Position numbers and translations under genes: made by a program
In this document: positions 1 to 10,312 of the stretch, one piece after another
How the letters are laid out: each line of letters starts with the position of its first letter
Position numbering within the stretch: the stretch's first letter is position 1
Notes under the pieces: generated by a model
Seen by the model: only the letters and a program-made list of their open reading frames with translations
Told to the model about the DNA's origin: nothing
The model's database searches: none
Origin: an uncultured delta proteobacterium
GTDB lineage: Bacteria; Desulfobacterota; RBG-13-43-22
DNA length: 64,000 nucleotides
Direction: 5' to 3'
Assembly: GCA_963790475.1 (NCBI GenBank)
Contig: CAWBOS010000012.1
Location: forward strand, 1,184,001 to 1,248,000

Positions 1-762
1 TCGGGCTGCAATGCCGGCGCCATTACGACTCGGGCGGAAAAGGAACAGGGCCATTATCGGGTTAATGGTTCCAAGATCTTCATCACTTCGGCCGGGGAAG
101 CCCAAATTTACCTGGTTCTGGTCCGGACGGACCCGGAAAAAGGACCTCAGGGCATGAGTATGCTGCTTATCGAAAAAGATACGGAGGGGTTTGCTTTCGG
201 TCGGATTGAAGACAGACTTGGCATGAGAAGCAGCTCATCCAGGGAACTATTTTTTAATGATTGCCGGGTCCCGGTCGAAAATCTCATCGGGACGGAAGGT
301 GGCTGGGCTGAAGTCATGGGAAAATCCATGATGGGTTGGGGGTTTTTTGGAGCGGCGGCTACATCTTTGGGTTTGGCCAAATCAGCCTCTGAACTGGCCA
401 TAAAACATGCCAGGGAACGAATGATTGCCGGGCAGCCTATTGGCGTTCACCAGGCAGTTCAGTTCATGATCTCGGACTTAATTCTCGGGACCGAGGCTGC
501 GGAGGCACTACTTAATACCTGTGCCCAGCAAGCAGACTCTTCTCCAGATAAGGCCGTTATCAACGGTTTTAAAGCAAAGCTCTTTGCTTCCGAGATGGCA
601 GTAGAGGTTACTAACAAGGCGATTCAGGTGCTTGGTGGCCACGGATATTGCCGTGATTACACGGTCGAACGGCTCTTCCGTGATGCTCGGGGCCTTACGC
701 TTCATTTCAAAACATCCGAATGGCTCAGGCAGGATATCGCCAAGGCGGCGATGGGCTTATGA
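1..762 (+). CDS. Acyl-CoA dehydrogenase (5' end outside window)
   Basis: Frame open from base 1: NGSKIFITSAG, LGMRSSSSRELFFNDCRVP, IQVLGGHGY, VERLFRDAR motifs. Confidence 0.92.
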   Translation, partial: SGCNAGAITTRAEKEQGHYRVNGSKIFITSAGEAQIYLVLVRTDPEKGPQGMSMLLIEKDTEGFAFGRIEDRLGMRSSSSRELFFNDCRVPVENLIGTEGGWAEVMGKSMMGWGFFGAAATSLGLAKSASELAIKHARERMIAGQPIGVHQAVQFMISDLILGTEAAEALLNTCAQQADSSPDKAVINGFKAKLFASEMAVEVTNKAIQVLGGHGYCRDYTVERLFRDARGLTLHFKTSEWLRQDIAKAAMGL

Positions 763-840
763 GCTCCATGCAGAACATAAAAGAAGGTCAAGCAGGTATC
801 TGTTCTGCACAGAGATTCAAAGAGAAAGGAGGTGAGAAAA

Positions 841-972
841 ATGAACAAAAAAGAAAGCCCGTGTGGTTGTGGATGTGTGGGTGCAAAGCCAAGCATCAAC
901 AAGACCGCAAAAAGCTTGAAGGGGGTTGAGGCAAAAGAGGCAAAAAACCAACAGAACAAAAAAACAAAATAA
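841..972 (+). CDS. 43-aa Lys-rich peptide with CGCGC motif
   Basis: Strong RBS AAGGAGGTGA before ATG; MNKKESPCGCGCVGAK...; too short for the ORF track. Confidence 0.5.
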   Translation: MNKKESPCGCGCVGAKPSINKTAKSLKGVEAKEAKNQQNKKTK

Positions 973-994
973 GTTTAATGGGAGGTGATCAATT

Positions 995-1183
995 ATGTGT
1001 TGTGAAACAAATGCCCGACGGCCTCAAAACCTGCAAACCGGTGGCGGTTGTGGCTGCACCGGCGTGTCCCGTCGGTTTCTGAGCGCCGAGGAAGAAAAGG
1101 CCAAACTGGAAGAATATCAGGATCAGCTCAAGAAGGAACTGGCCGGGGTCCAGGAATGTATCAACCAACTTCAAAAGGCTTAA
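995..1183 (+). CDS. Small Cys-rich/coiled-coil protein (DUF5320-like)
   Basis: RBS GGGAGGTGA; MCC...CGC then RRFLSAEEEKAKLEEYQDQLKKEL coiled coil. Confidence 0.7.
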   Translation: MCCETNARRPQNLQTGGGCGCTGVSRRFLSAEEEKAKLEEYQDQLKKELAGVQECINQLQKA

Positions 1184-1201
1184 ATTAAGCCATAGTCCGA
1201 C

Positions 1202-1240
1202 CGACCGTTTCCGGTCTATCAGATCGGCCGGAAACGGTCG
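1202..1240. terminator. Hairpin between convergent genes
   Basis: CGACCGTTTCCGG ... CCGGAAACGGTCG inverted repeat. Confidence 0.6.
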
Positions 1241-1275
1241 CCAACTGCCAGCCTTGGATAACTTGTCTCAAGAAT

Positions 1276-1918
1276 CTAACTTTTTGTTTTTCGCAATCTC
1301 TCGGGCGTCTCTTTCATCCGGTCCTCCTGTTTTAACCGGTTCAGCTCAGCGGGTGCTTCCTGAAACCCTTCCAGGGCATTGAAAAATCGGTCCAGGGGAT
1401 CACCCTGGGAAGTAGGCACTAAAAAGATGTGGGTATGGGGAATCCTTCGACCCCGGGCATACAGGCAGACAAAATCCGGTTGGAAAGTCTGCATGATCTT
1501 TTTGGAAACCACTTTCGCCACCCTAAAGAGACTTTCCGTTTCCTCTACAGTGAGGTCATGCCACCAAGGGCGACCCGATAGCGTAACGTGTTGAAAACGG
1601 CTTTGCAATGATTCGAAAAGCCTCTAATTCTTTTGAGTTAGAGGCTTTTTCTTTCTGAAAAATTATCTTCTTACAAATGGCAATGATTTAACTATTTATA
1701 ATTATAGGCTTTAATGTTATATCATAACGGTATTATCAACACGTTAAGCTATCGGCTTGCCACCAAGGGACGTGCCTTTTGGGAATGATCAGGCAGTGGC
1801 CTTCGGCCAAAGGATTGATATCCAGTAAACCCAGGGAGAGCTCATCCTCATAAATAAGGTGGGCCTTGGCACGGCCCTGGACTAGGTCACAGAAGATGCA
1901 GTTATCCTCGTCGGACAT
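1276..1918 (-). pseudogene. HIT-family hydrolase split by a MITE
   Basis: N-half CIFC...GHCLIIPKRHVPWW and C-half PWWHDLT...IPHTHIFLVP join in frame when 1571-1759 plus one TSD copy is removed. Confidence 0.88.
1571..1759. mobile_element. 189-bp MITE with imperfect ~27-bp TIRs and 10-bp TSD
   Basis: TSD CCACCAAGGG at 1561-1570 and 1760-1769; TIRs CGACCCGATAGCGTAACGTGTTGAAAA vs (rc) CAAGCCGATAGCTTAACGTGTTGATAA; internal hairpin AAAAGCCTCTAA..TTAGAGGCTTTT. Confidence 0.9.
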
Positions 1919-2116
1919 TTTTCTCCTTTACTCCAGAATTAAAGATAGAATCAGAACCAATCTTATCGGGTTATTTTGATAATTCAACGAAGAAAGTACC
2001 TTCGAGGTTACCTAAAAATGGATCTATGAAATCGAGATTTAATATATTTTTCTATTCATAAAAGGGAAAGGCCATTATAATGGCGAGGTGCGTTAAAAAA
2101 AATTATAGGAAGGGAA

Positions 2117-2896
2117 ATGACCAAGTTAAGAACAAAGACAGTCGACCGGCACTGGTCCAGGGAAACGATGCCCGCTGTTCTGGTGTTTATTTTTTCTATT
2201 ATCTTCTCTCTCTATTTGAGCGATCAATCCGGTTCCGAAAGCTTAAAGGTCGTCTACAGGGTCTTTCTGCGGTTTCTTCGTTATACCCTTTTCCTTTGCC
2301 TCCCCCTTTATTTATTAAGACCCATCTATCGATTTATTCTTAATAAGAGTAAGGGGGGCTTAATTCAACTCGGCCATCCGGGGGAGATAACCATCAACCC
2401 CCTCAAACATTGGCTGTTCCGTCCCTTTCAGGGGATCGGCATCTCTTTCCTCTTCGCCACTAAATTAGTAGCCCTTATTCAGACCATCACCGGGCCCCTC
2501 ACCAGCCCCTCCCCGCCCATTATTTCCGGCCAATATCAGATTGGACGTATGCTTTTGGTTATCGTCGTTACGGTTTTTGTCTCCCTCCTTTTATCTACCC
2601 TCTGGACTATGGATGATATGGGGATCCGCTATCATAACCGCAGAGATCAGGAACTTAAAATGATCGGAAAGTATGTAGGGACCATTATGCCCCTTATTTT
2701 CGGACTCTATGGTCTTTTCAGCCTCCTGGCCCATTATCCCAAAGAAAACACGCTGCTCCATGTCTTCAGGATCATCCTGGCCTTTTATCCGCCTCTGGTG
2801 GTTTTCGTAGTCGTCCATACCCATTTTATTACCGGGAAAATAGATTTTCATGCCCGGAAGAATTTATTGCGGAAAGGAGGGATCTGGCAAGATTAA
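2117..2896 (+). CDS. Hypothetical multi-pass membrane protein
   Basis: 259-aa ORF with RBS and several hydrophobic helices. Confidence 0.7.
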   Translation: MTKLRTKTVDRHWSRETMPAVLVFIFSIIFSLYLSDQSGSESLKVVYRVFLRFLRYTLFLCLPLYLLRPIYRFILNKSKGGLIQLGHPGEITINPLKHWLFRPFQGIGISFLFATKLVALIQTITGPLTSPSPPIISGQYQIGRMLLVIVVTVFVSLLLSTLWTMDDMGIRYHNRRDQELKMIGKYVGTIMPLIFGLYGLFSLLAHYPKENTLLHVFRIILAFYPPLVVFVVVHTHFITGKIDFHARKNLLRKGGIWQD

Positions 2897-2931
2897 AGGG
2901 AACAAAAGCGCCTCTCATTCGTTATTCTTAT

Positions 2932-3117
2932 ATGAGCCCCACGACCCCTCAGGATGAAAATTATTTAATCCGACAAGTTAAAGATGACGATCCATCGACA
3001 TTTGAATGGATTGTCCTGAAATATCAGGATAAAATTTACAGTCTTTGCCGTTGCCTGTTGGGAAATCCCCAGGATGTGGAAGGTGCCGCCCAGGATCCTA
3101 CGCCCTTTTGGTATTGA
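2932..3117 (+). pseudogene. Truncated ECF sigma factor (region 2 only)
   Basis: DENYLIRQVK...YQDKIYSLCRCLLGNPQDVEGAAQD resembles the RpoE N-terminus, then ends abruptly. Confidence 0.65.
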
Positions 3118-3283
3118 GATGCCTTCTTTATAGCCTTTGACAATCCAAATAAAAAAAGAGATAACTTTTTTCCAGAACACAAATTTTTCCTTTTTCGGAG
3201 GTTTAACCAATTAAACGGGAAATTGCTAGTTTTAGACTGGGAGTGTCAAACCATAACTTAAATGAAATAAGGAGAATGGATCA

Positions 3284-4480
3284 ATGACACTGGATGGTCA
3301 GGCTAAAGACCTTGCAGATGAGAAAGATGGACTTGAAACCCCTGAGAAGGGAAGCGCAAAAAAAACCAAAAACCTCTATAATCAAATGGAGTGGGCCGGG
3401 GCCTTCGGTGATGTCGGCACCCTGATCCCTTTTGTGGTGGCCTATATCACCATTGTAAAAATCAACCCGCTCGGGCTTCTTTTCATGTTCGGGATAACTT
3501 TAATGGCTTCGGGGTTTTATTACCGAACCCCCATTCCAATTCAACCCATGAAAGCCATTGGAGCGGCGGCCATTGCCGGGGGCATAAGCCCGGCGGCCCT
3601 CTTCGGATCAGGCTTGACCACAGGACTTTTCTGGCTTCTGGCCGGCCTAACCGGGGCTATCAGACCCATAGCCAAGCTGGCCACCAAGCCCGTTGTGCGC
3701 GGCATTATGCTGGGTTTGGGGCTCTCCTTCATGGTCGATGGGGTCCACCGTATGGGGACAGCACCGGTCCTGGCGGGTATTGCCCTGGTGGTCACCTACC
3801 TCCTTCTGACGAATCCCAAGATTCCGGCCATGTTCATGCTGTTGATCATTGGGGTTGGATCCGCGGTCGTCATGAACCCACAGATAACCTCGGAACTGGC
3901 CAAGATTCATCTGAGTTTCAAGCTGCCGGTTTTTACCCTTCCTATGCTCACCTGGAATGACCTCGTTGTCGGCACGTTACTTTTCACCCTCCCTCAAATA
4001 CCTTTAACTTTGGGTAATGCCGTAATCGCCATTGTCGCCGAGAACAATGAGCTTTTCCCCGACCGGAAGGTAACCGAAAAGAAGATCGCCATTTCCCAGG
4101 GGATCATGAACCTGGTTTCGCCCCTTTTCGGCGGCATCCCCATGTGTCATGGGGCCGGTGGAATGGCCGGCCATGTTCGTTTTGGGGCCAAAACAGGTGG
4201 TGCTTTGGTTATCCTGGGCAGCATCCTCATTCTCATCGCCCTGTTCTTCAGCGATTCCGTAGCCGTTATCTTCAAGATATTCCCTAACGCGATCCTGGGG
4301 GTAATTTTGTTTTTTGCGGGCTCCGAGTTGGCGATTGTGGTAAAAGACATTGGGTTGAAGAAAACTGATTTCTATGTGATGCTCATTGTAGCCGCCTTTG
4401 CCATGTGGAATATGGGGGCGGCTTTTCTGGTGGGGGTTATTTTGGACAACGCGTTGAGGAGAGGGTGGATAAAAATTTGA
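3284..4480 (+). CDS. MOT1-family molybdate/sulfate transporter
   Basis: GAFGDVGTLIP, PIPIQPMKAI, PQIPLTLGNA, GGIPMCHGAGGMAGHVRFGA motifs. Confidence 0.88.
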   Translation: MTLDGQAKDLADEKDGLETPEKGSAKKTKNLYNQMEWAGAFGDVGTLIPFVVAYITIVKINPLGLLFMFGITLMASGFYYRTPIPIQPMKAIGAAAIAGGISPAALFGSGLTTGLFWLLAGLTGAIRPIAKLATKPVVRGIMLGLGLSFMVDGVHRMGTAPVLAGIALVVTYLLLTNPKIPAMFMLLIIGVGSAVVMNPQITSELAKIHLSFKLPVFTLPMLTWNDLVVGTLLFTLPQIPLTLGNAVIAIVAENNELFPDRKVTEKKIAISQGIMNLVSPLFGGIPMCHGAGGMAGHVRFGAKTGGALVILGSILILIALFFSDSVAVIFKIFPNAILGVILFFAGSELAIVVKDIGLKKTDFYVMLIVAAFAMWNMGAAFLVGVILDNALRRGWIKI

Positions 4481-4683
4481 TCCCGAGACGATACCCGTTC
4501 CAGGGTGATTTAAGAAGATGCCACAAGGTCATGGCCCGGGGTCAGGATACCCCGGCCCCATCTTTTTTTATAGTCCCCTATGTGAAGCCGTTTCTCAGAT
4601 CATGATTAAAGCGGCCAGAGCTTTCCCCGGGATATCATTCGAATCTTTTCGGGTGAAGACGCATTGATCACTTTAGTAAACAA

Positions 4684-5532
4684 TCAACCTGTGGAATTGT
4701 TATCCCGTAGCTTTCCCAGGGCTTCCAGGTGGGTTTTTTCTTCATCAGCAATTTTATAAATAACTTTTTTGGAAGATTCTTCCGACATTTTTATAGCAAA
4801 GCGCAAATACAGGTCCAAGGCCTGGGTCTCGATCATCATAGCCAGGTCAAGCAATTCCGGCACGGATTGGAAAGCAGCCCGGTTTTGGTTTAGAAATTCA
4901 GAGAACTTAAATCCTCCTTCCAGAATTTGTGGAAGCCGATCGGCCAGTCCGGCCGGGGCATTTGGCTGATTGGGATTTAATTCGGCATATCGGGATAAAA
5001 GAATCTGTTTGTGCCTCTCCTCGATATCCCCCAGTTTTTTCAAAAGGGCGGCCACCTCACCATTTTTTATTTCTTCACCGGCTAGGAGGTAGAACTGGCG
5101 CAGGGTCTCTTCCATCCCATAGGAAATCTCGATCATCTCAACCGGAGACTCATCCCCATGGATCAGGTCCAGGTTGAGCTCTACCGGCCCAACGGCCTTT
5201 AATCCCAGCCAGGCCTTAATTCCACCCTTAAGATGATACACTTCTTTAAATCCTTGGCCGGAAAGTAATTGAGCCGCTACACGGCTCCGTCCCCCGACCG
5301 CTCAATAAACAATGGTCGGTTTTTCCGGGTCCAGCTTATTCAAGGAATCGGGCAGATCAGGCAGGGGGATCAGTTGAGCCCCGGGGATGTGTTCCTTTTC
5401 GTACTCTCCGGGTTGGCGCACATCAACCAAGGCATAAGTCCCTTCCGGGTGTTGTAAAATATAGTTCTTAACTTCAACAGGTTCCAGGGCCTTTACAGGG
5501 TTAAACAGTTTTCTCAAGAGCACGGGTTTCAT
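4684..5532 (-). CDS. Rhodanese + rubrerythrin/ferritin-like fusion; selenoprotein (UGA at 5302-5304)
   Basis: Two track ORFs are one frame: DVRQPGEYEKEHIPGA...IVY-UGA-AVGGRS...LKGGIKAW; ExxH motifs (EERH, EKTH); hairpin after the UGA. Confidence 0.88.
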
Positions 5533-5536
5533 CCTC

Positions 5537-6346
5537 CTATTTAACCGACGTGGTAAAAGGCATAATCAACAAATGATGCAAGTATAATTTTTCCGGTTTT
5601 TGATAAGCCCCGATTCCTATTTTGATCCTGGCCTGATCGATCCGAGATAGAAGGGTTTCCAGAATCCGGTCCCACAGGGAAAAAATAGTCCCATAATTGG
5701 TGTTACGTTCTTTGATGACCACCGAATGATGAATCCGGTGCATGGACGGCGGAACAAACAGCGTCCAGTAAAGCCGCTCAAACCGGACAGGCACGGTCAA
5801 ACTGCTGTGTTGGAATTGGGAAGTCAAAACAACCAGGGAATCAAAAAGGGCGACGCTGAACAGGTCGGCTCCGAGAAGGGAGATCAGGCCGATCTTAATG
5901 ACCGCAGATATGGATAGTTCCCCGATGTGAAAACGGGAAGCCGTGGAAACGTCCATGTTCAAATCACTGTGATGGACCCGATGAAAGCGCCAGAAAAAGG
6001 GGATCTCATGATTTAATAAATGCCAGACATAGAGGATCAGATCAAAAAAGACAACGGTGGCCAGGACCTTTACCCAGTAAGGTAACGGCCATAAATTGAG
6101 GACCCCTATTTGACGGGTGTCTACATAGGCCGCGGTCTGGATGATGAAAGAGGCGAACAGAAGATTCAAGACAATACTATTGAAAATACCGATCCCCAGG
6201 TTGTTAACCCATCGGGTAAACTTGGACACCGAACTGGGGCGATAGGGGATGAGGAGTTCAAGGATCAAAAAGAGTAATACCCCTCCCCAGAAAATGAAGA
6301 CTCTGATCGATGCCAGGTTTAATGGGCTTCCGTTAAAATCCCCCAT
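5537..6346 (-). CDS. Sterol desaturase / fatty acid hydroxylase family
   Basis: His boxes HLLNH, HRVHH, HRIHH; NTNYGTIFSLWDR. Confidence 0.88.
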   Translation of the reverse strand: MGDFNGSPLNLASIRVFIFWGGVLLFLILELLIPYRPSSVSKFTRWVNNLGIGIFNSIVLNLLFASFIIQTAAYVDTRQIGVLNLWPLPYWVKVLATVVFFDLILYVWHLLNHEIPFFWRFHRVHHSDLNMDVSTASRFHIGELSISAVIKIGLISLLGADLFSVALFDSLVVLTSQFQHSSLTVPVRFERLYWTLFVPPSMHRIHHSVVIKERNTNYGTIFSLWDRILETLLSRIDQARIKIGIGAYQKPEKLYLHHLLIMPFTTSVK

Positions 6347-8396
6347 CTAAAATAGTCCTGACCCTTTCTGAAAGTTCTTGGAGGCTGAAGGGTTTTTGAA
6401 TAAAGGCCTTGCAACCTTGTTTCATAATCTCTCTGGCCGGGCCGTCCAGACTGTAGCCGCTGGACAAGATCACTTTGACTTGAGGATTGATTTCTTTCAA
6501 GGCCGTAAAAGTTTCTTTTCCTCCCATTCCGGGCATGATCATATCCAAAAGTACCAGGGAGATACTCGACTGATTTCGGGTATAGATCTCCAGGGCTTCT
6601 TTGCCGCTTGTGGCCGATAAAACCCGATATCCCAGACTCTCAAAAAGGTCGCGACAGACATTGATAATGGTATTTTCGTCATCCACCAGAAGGATCGTTT
6701 CGGTCCCGGTCATGATTTCTGAGATCGGGGAAGTTTCTTTGGCCACTTTCCTCCCGGTGGCCGGGAGATAGATAGTGAAGGTGGCCCCTTGCCCTTTTTC
6801 GCTGTCCACTTCAATAATCCCTTGATGGTTTTTGATAATACCATAGACGGAGGCCAAACCGAGACCGGTCCCCCGGCCCATCTCCTTGGTGGTAAAAAAA
6901 GGTTCGAAAATTCTTTCTTTGGTTCGGCTGTCCATACCGATACCGGTATCCGATATGGAGATCCGGATGTAATTCCCGGGTTCAAAGGAATAGGGTTTTA
7001 CGAGCGTTTTATCCAGGACCACATTTTTCGTTTCGATAAAGAGATCTCCCCCGGCCGGCATGGCCTGCCAGGCATTGACATAGAGATTTAAGAGTACCTG
7101 TTCAATCTGCCCCTGATCCACCTCGGCTGGGAAGAGATCCTTTTGGAATTTTTTATGGATCTGAATTTCCTTATTGGCCCGGCCGAACATGGTCGAAGTC
7201 TTTTCGATAACTTCGTTTAAATCCGTCGGACTGGCCTCATACTTCCCTCTCCGGGCAAAACCAAGCAGCTGTTTGGTCAGATCGGAGCCGCTACGCACCA
7301 TAGCCTGAATATTGATCAGCTTTTCATAGTTGGGATTTTCAGGAGGGAGGTTGTAAAGTATCAGGGAGGCATAGCCTTGAATGCCCATCAGAATATTGTT
7401 AAAGTCATGGGCAATGCCCCCGGCCAAAGTCCCCACCGCTTCCATCTTTTGGGCCTGGAAGAATTGCTTTTCCAGACGCTCCCGTTCGGAAATATCCTGC
7501 AAGGTTTCAATGGCCCCGATAATCTTCCCCTCGGAGTCACGAAGCCGGGCGGCCAAAAAATACAGGTGCCTGGGAACCCCTCCCACCACCAACAGATCGG
7601 AGCCCTCGAAGGCCTCCGGCATGGAGGTATTGGCCGTTAACCCCTTGTCTCCATATAATTTCTTCATGGATATTGAATCCATTTCCAGAACCAAATCCGT
7701 CAGGAGGGGTCTGTCCTGACCGGGATAAAAAATATTTGAATCCACCATGCGGTCCAAGACCTTTTCCCTGGGAACATGGGTCAAATTTTCACAGGCCCGA
7801 TTCCAAAGGATGACCTTGTGATTTTTATCAATAACAAAAGTCGGGATCGGGTTCCCGTCCAAGATGGCCGCCAGTTGTTCCTTGTCTTGCCGTATCCTGA
7901 CTTCAGCTTGCTTTCGCTCGGTTATATCCCGGATAGTACAGACATAGGCCTTCACTTTTTGATCAGGAGCCAAAATAGGAGAAATAACAACCTCGCAATT
8001 GATCACATCATTGCTTTTTTGCCGATAATCCCATTCCAACCTGGCTTTCCCTTCCTTTTCAATGATCGGATAGACCAGATTGACGAAGGCCTGATACCTT
8101 TCGTCAGAGAGATGGAGCGATTTTATCGATCTTCCGTCTAATTCTCCCCAGGAATAACCGAACATTTCCAGAAAGGCAGGGTTGCAGGAAATGATATTTC
8201 TGTTTTCATCGATCAGTAGTATGGCATCAGAAGAAGCCTCGACCGAAGTGCGGTATCGTTCCTCCGATTCGATCAGGGCCTGCTCCGCCTTTTTACGAGC
8301 GGTCACATCAACGGAAGCCACTTGATTGCCTTCGGGATTTCCTTCCGGACCCGGGGATTTTTTTCTCTTTTCCTTTGGTTTATCTTCGTTGGACAT
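6333..8396 (-). CDS. PAS-PAS hybrid histidine kinase / receiver
   Basis: AGGIAHDFNN H-box, GTGLGL G-box, ILLVDD...DMIMP receiver; start uncertain (track gives 8471). Confidence 0.93.
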   Translation of the reverse strand: MSNEDKPKEKRKKSPGPEGNPEGNQVASVDVTARKKAEQALIESEERYRTSVEASSDAILLIDENRNIISCNPAFLEMFGYSWGELDGRSIKSLHLSDERYQAFVNLVYPIIEKEGKARLEWDYRQKSNDVINCEVVISPILAPDQKVKAYVCTIRDITERKQAEVRIRQDKEQLAAILDGNPIPTFVIDKNHKVILWNRACENLTHVPREKVLDRMVDSNIFYPGQDRPLLTDLVLEMDSISMKKLYGDKGLTANTSMPEAFEGSDLLVVGGVPRHLYFLAARLRDSEGKIIGAIETLQDISERERLEKQFFQAQKMEAVGTLAGGIAHDFNNILMGIQGYASLILYNLPPENPNYEKLINIQAMVRSGSDLTKQLLGFARRGKYEASPTDLNEVIEKTSTMFGRANKEIQIHKKFQKDLFPAEVDQGQIEQVLLNLYVNAWQAMPAGGDLFIETKNVVLDKTLVKPYSFEPGNYIRISISDTGIGMDSRTKERIFEPFFTTKEMGRGTGLGLASVYGIIKNHQGIIEVDSEKGQGATFTIYLPATGRKVAKETSPISEIMTGTETILLVDDENTIINVCRDLFESLGYRVLSATSGKEALEIYTRNQSSISLVLLDMIMPGMGGKETFTALKEINPQVKVILSSGYSLDGPAREIMKQGCKAFIQKPFSLQELSERVRTILDGGF

Positions 8397-8836
8397 CAGC
8401 CCCCCATTATTTTCATTCGGTCTTAGGTCGCAAGCGGCCGGAGAGTTCCTATAGATAACAGAAGTTGCCATCCCCGGTAATCCGTTTAGGGGAAAAGGGA
8501 ATTCCGATGAACAACCAAAAAAAGAAATTCTTATTTTTGCTGAATCCGAAAAAATTTTAGCAACAGGCTATAGGAGGAATTCCCGACGAATAAAAAGTCA
8601 TTTTTTGACTTATCACAGGGTATTCAAGCTTGAGACAGGGTTTTCCCAAACTTGCCCAAGTCTAACTGTATGGTTTTTTACCTCTTTTTGCAAGGATGTT
8701 TTTATTGAACCTATTGCCGTTAACTGAACAGAATCCATTTTTTTGCTGACAGACAAATTTCTTGTTAAGTTGTCGGTCCTCTGCTATATTTTTATGATCC
8801 GAATCGTCCAGTAAAAACGGAAGTCAGGGGGGTGTT

Positions 8837-9532
8837 ATGGGAGCTTCAGAAAAAGAAAAGAGAGATAGAGATTCTGTAGAAACCAGAAGGGATTACGCCC
8901 GAACCGCCGAAGCCGATTTTTTGGAAGGTATTTCCCGCTCTTCCGGTCACCAGGAAGAGTCCTTAGTATCCCTTTCGGTGGGGGCCAGGATCAAAGCCGT
9001 TCGGGAAAGAAAGGCCCTTTCCCTGCAGGATGTTGCCCAGCGGACCGGTTTTCCGGAATCGACCATTGCCCAAATTGAAACGGGCGAAATTCTACCTCCC
9101 TTGGGGGACATGGTCAAGTTGGCCCGAGCACTGGAAATGAAAATGGGCTATTTGCTGGTCCAGGGCGAATCCAAACCCTATACCGTGGTCCATAAAAAAA
9201 ACCGAAAGACAGTCTCACGTTACGATTCTCGGAAGACCCTTCGCTATGGATATACCTATGAATCTCTGGCCCCGGAAAAGAAGGAAAGAAACATGGAGCC
9301 TTTTCTGGTCACCCTGCAACCGATCTCTCAGGATGAATCCCCTTCCACGCACGATGGAGAGGAGTTCCTTTTTGTATTGGAAGGAGAGATCGAGGTCATT
9401 TTGGGAGATAAACGAGAAATTCTATCGCCGGAAGATTCGATTTATTATGATTCCACTTTGCCCCACCGCGTACGCGCCTATGGAGATCAAATGGCCAGGA
9501 TTGTGGCTGTACTTTACACCCAGGAAAAGTAA
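8837..9532 (+). CDS. XRE-family HTH-cupin regulator
   Basis: VGARIKAVRERKALSLQDVAQRTG HTH; HDGEEFLFVLEG cupin. Confidence 0.9.
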   Translation: MGASEKEKRDRDSVETRRDYARTAEADFLEGISRSSGHQEESLVSLSVGARIKAVRERKALSLQDVAQRTGFPESTIAQIETGEILPPLGDMVKLARALEMKMGYLLVQGESKPYTVVHKKNRKTVSRYDSRKTLRYGYTYESLAPEKKERNMEPFLVTLQPISQDESPSTHDGEEFLFVLEGEIEVILGDKREILSPEDSIYYDSTLPHRVRAYGDQMARIVAVLYTQEK

Positions 9533-9762
9533 GGGGATAAACCCCAACGATGAACGCTTCGCTAACGCCTTCAGGCCGGTGCATTTAATACCCGGGATTT
9601 CTGCAGCGCCACCCCGCCCGGAAACCACAGTGAAAGAACTGTTTGAATCTGAAATTGTTCATAGTTGATCTTATGAGCAATCCTCACCCTTTATCTTCAG
9701 ACATAGATTTCCCTATAAAATACTGAAAAATCTATTGACAAAAAGAAGAGGCCGCGATTATA

Positions 9763-9790
9763 GTAGCACTTTAATTAATAAAGGTGCTAC
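9763..9790. promoter_or_regulatory. Putative NikR operator upstream of nikR
   Basis: Perfect palindrome GTAGCAC-N14-GTGCTAC directly after a TTGACA-N17-TATAGT promoter. Confidence 0.65.
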
Positions 9791-9791
9791 G

Positions 9792-10208
9792 ATGGGAGTA
9801 TTCAGATTCGGCATATCACTTGAGAAGGCTTTGATTGAGAGGTTCGATCGCCTCATAAAGAAGAAAGGTTATGCAAACCGGAGCGAGGCGATCAGAGACC
9901 TCATCAGAGACAGTCTGGTCACAGAGGAATGGGAATCGTTAAGCGACGAAACCGTGGGAATCATAACCCTGGTCTATTCCCACGACACCAGAGAACTCAC
10001 GGATAACCTTACCGACTTTCAGCATCTTTACCACAACTCGATAATTTCGGCGATGCATATACATCTCGATGAGCATAATTGTCTCGAAGCTATAGTAGTT
10101 AAAGGCAAAGCGATGGATATCAAGATAATCGCAGACAGGTTGATCGGTACAAAAGGAGTGAAACACGGCAAGCTCCTAGTGACAACTACTGGGAAACATT
10201 TGAAATAA
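9792..10208 (+). CDS. nikR: Nickel-responsive regulator NikR
   Basis: [31 protein letters not shown]. Confidence 0.95.
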   Translation: MGVFRFGISLEKALIERFDRLIKKKGYANRSEAIRDLIRDSLVTEEWESLSDETVGIITLVYSHDTRELTDNLTDFQHLYHNSIISAMHIHLDEHNCLEAIVVKGKAMDIKIIADRLIGTKGVKHGKLLVTTTGKHLK

Positions 10209-10224
10209 TTTTTTTTACGCAAAA

Positions 10225-10251
10225 GTGGCACGATTATTATAATTGTAGCAC
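10225..10251. promoter_or_regulatory. Putative second NikR site before the uptake operon
   Basis: GTGGCAC-N13-GTAGCAC reuses the same half-site. Confidence 0.5.
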
Positions 10252-10312
10252 CATAATCGGTAAGACACTACAAACAGTAGAATGGAAAGGAGACCGTCTG
10301 AACAAATTCATC

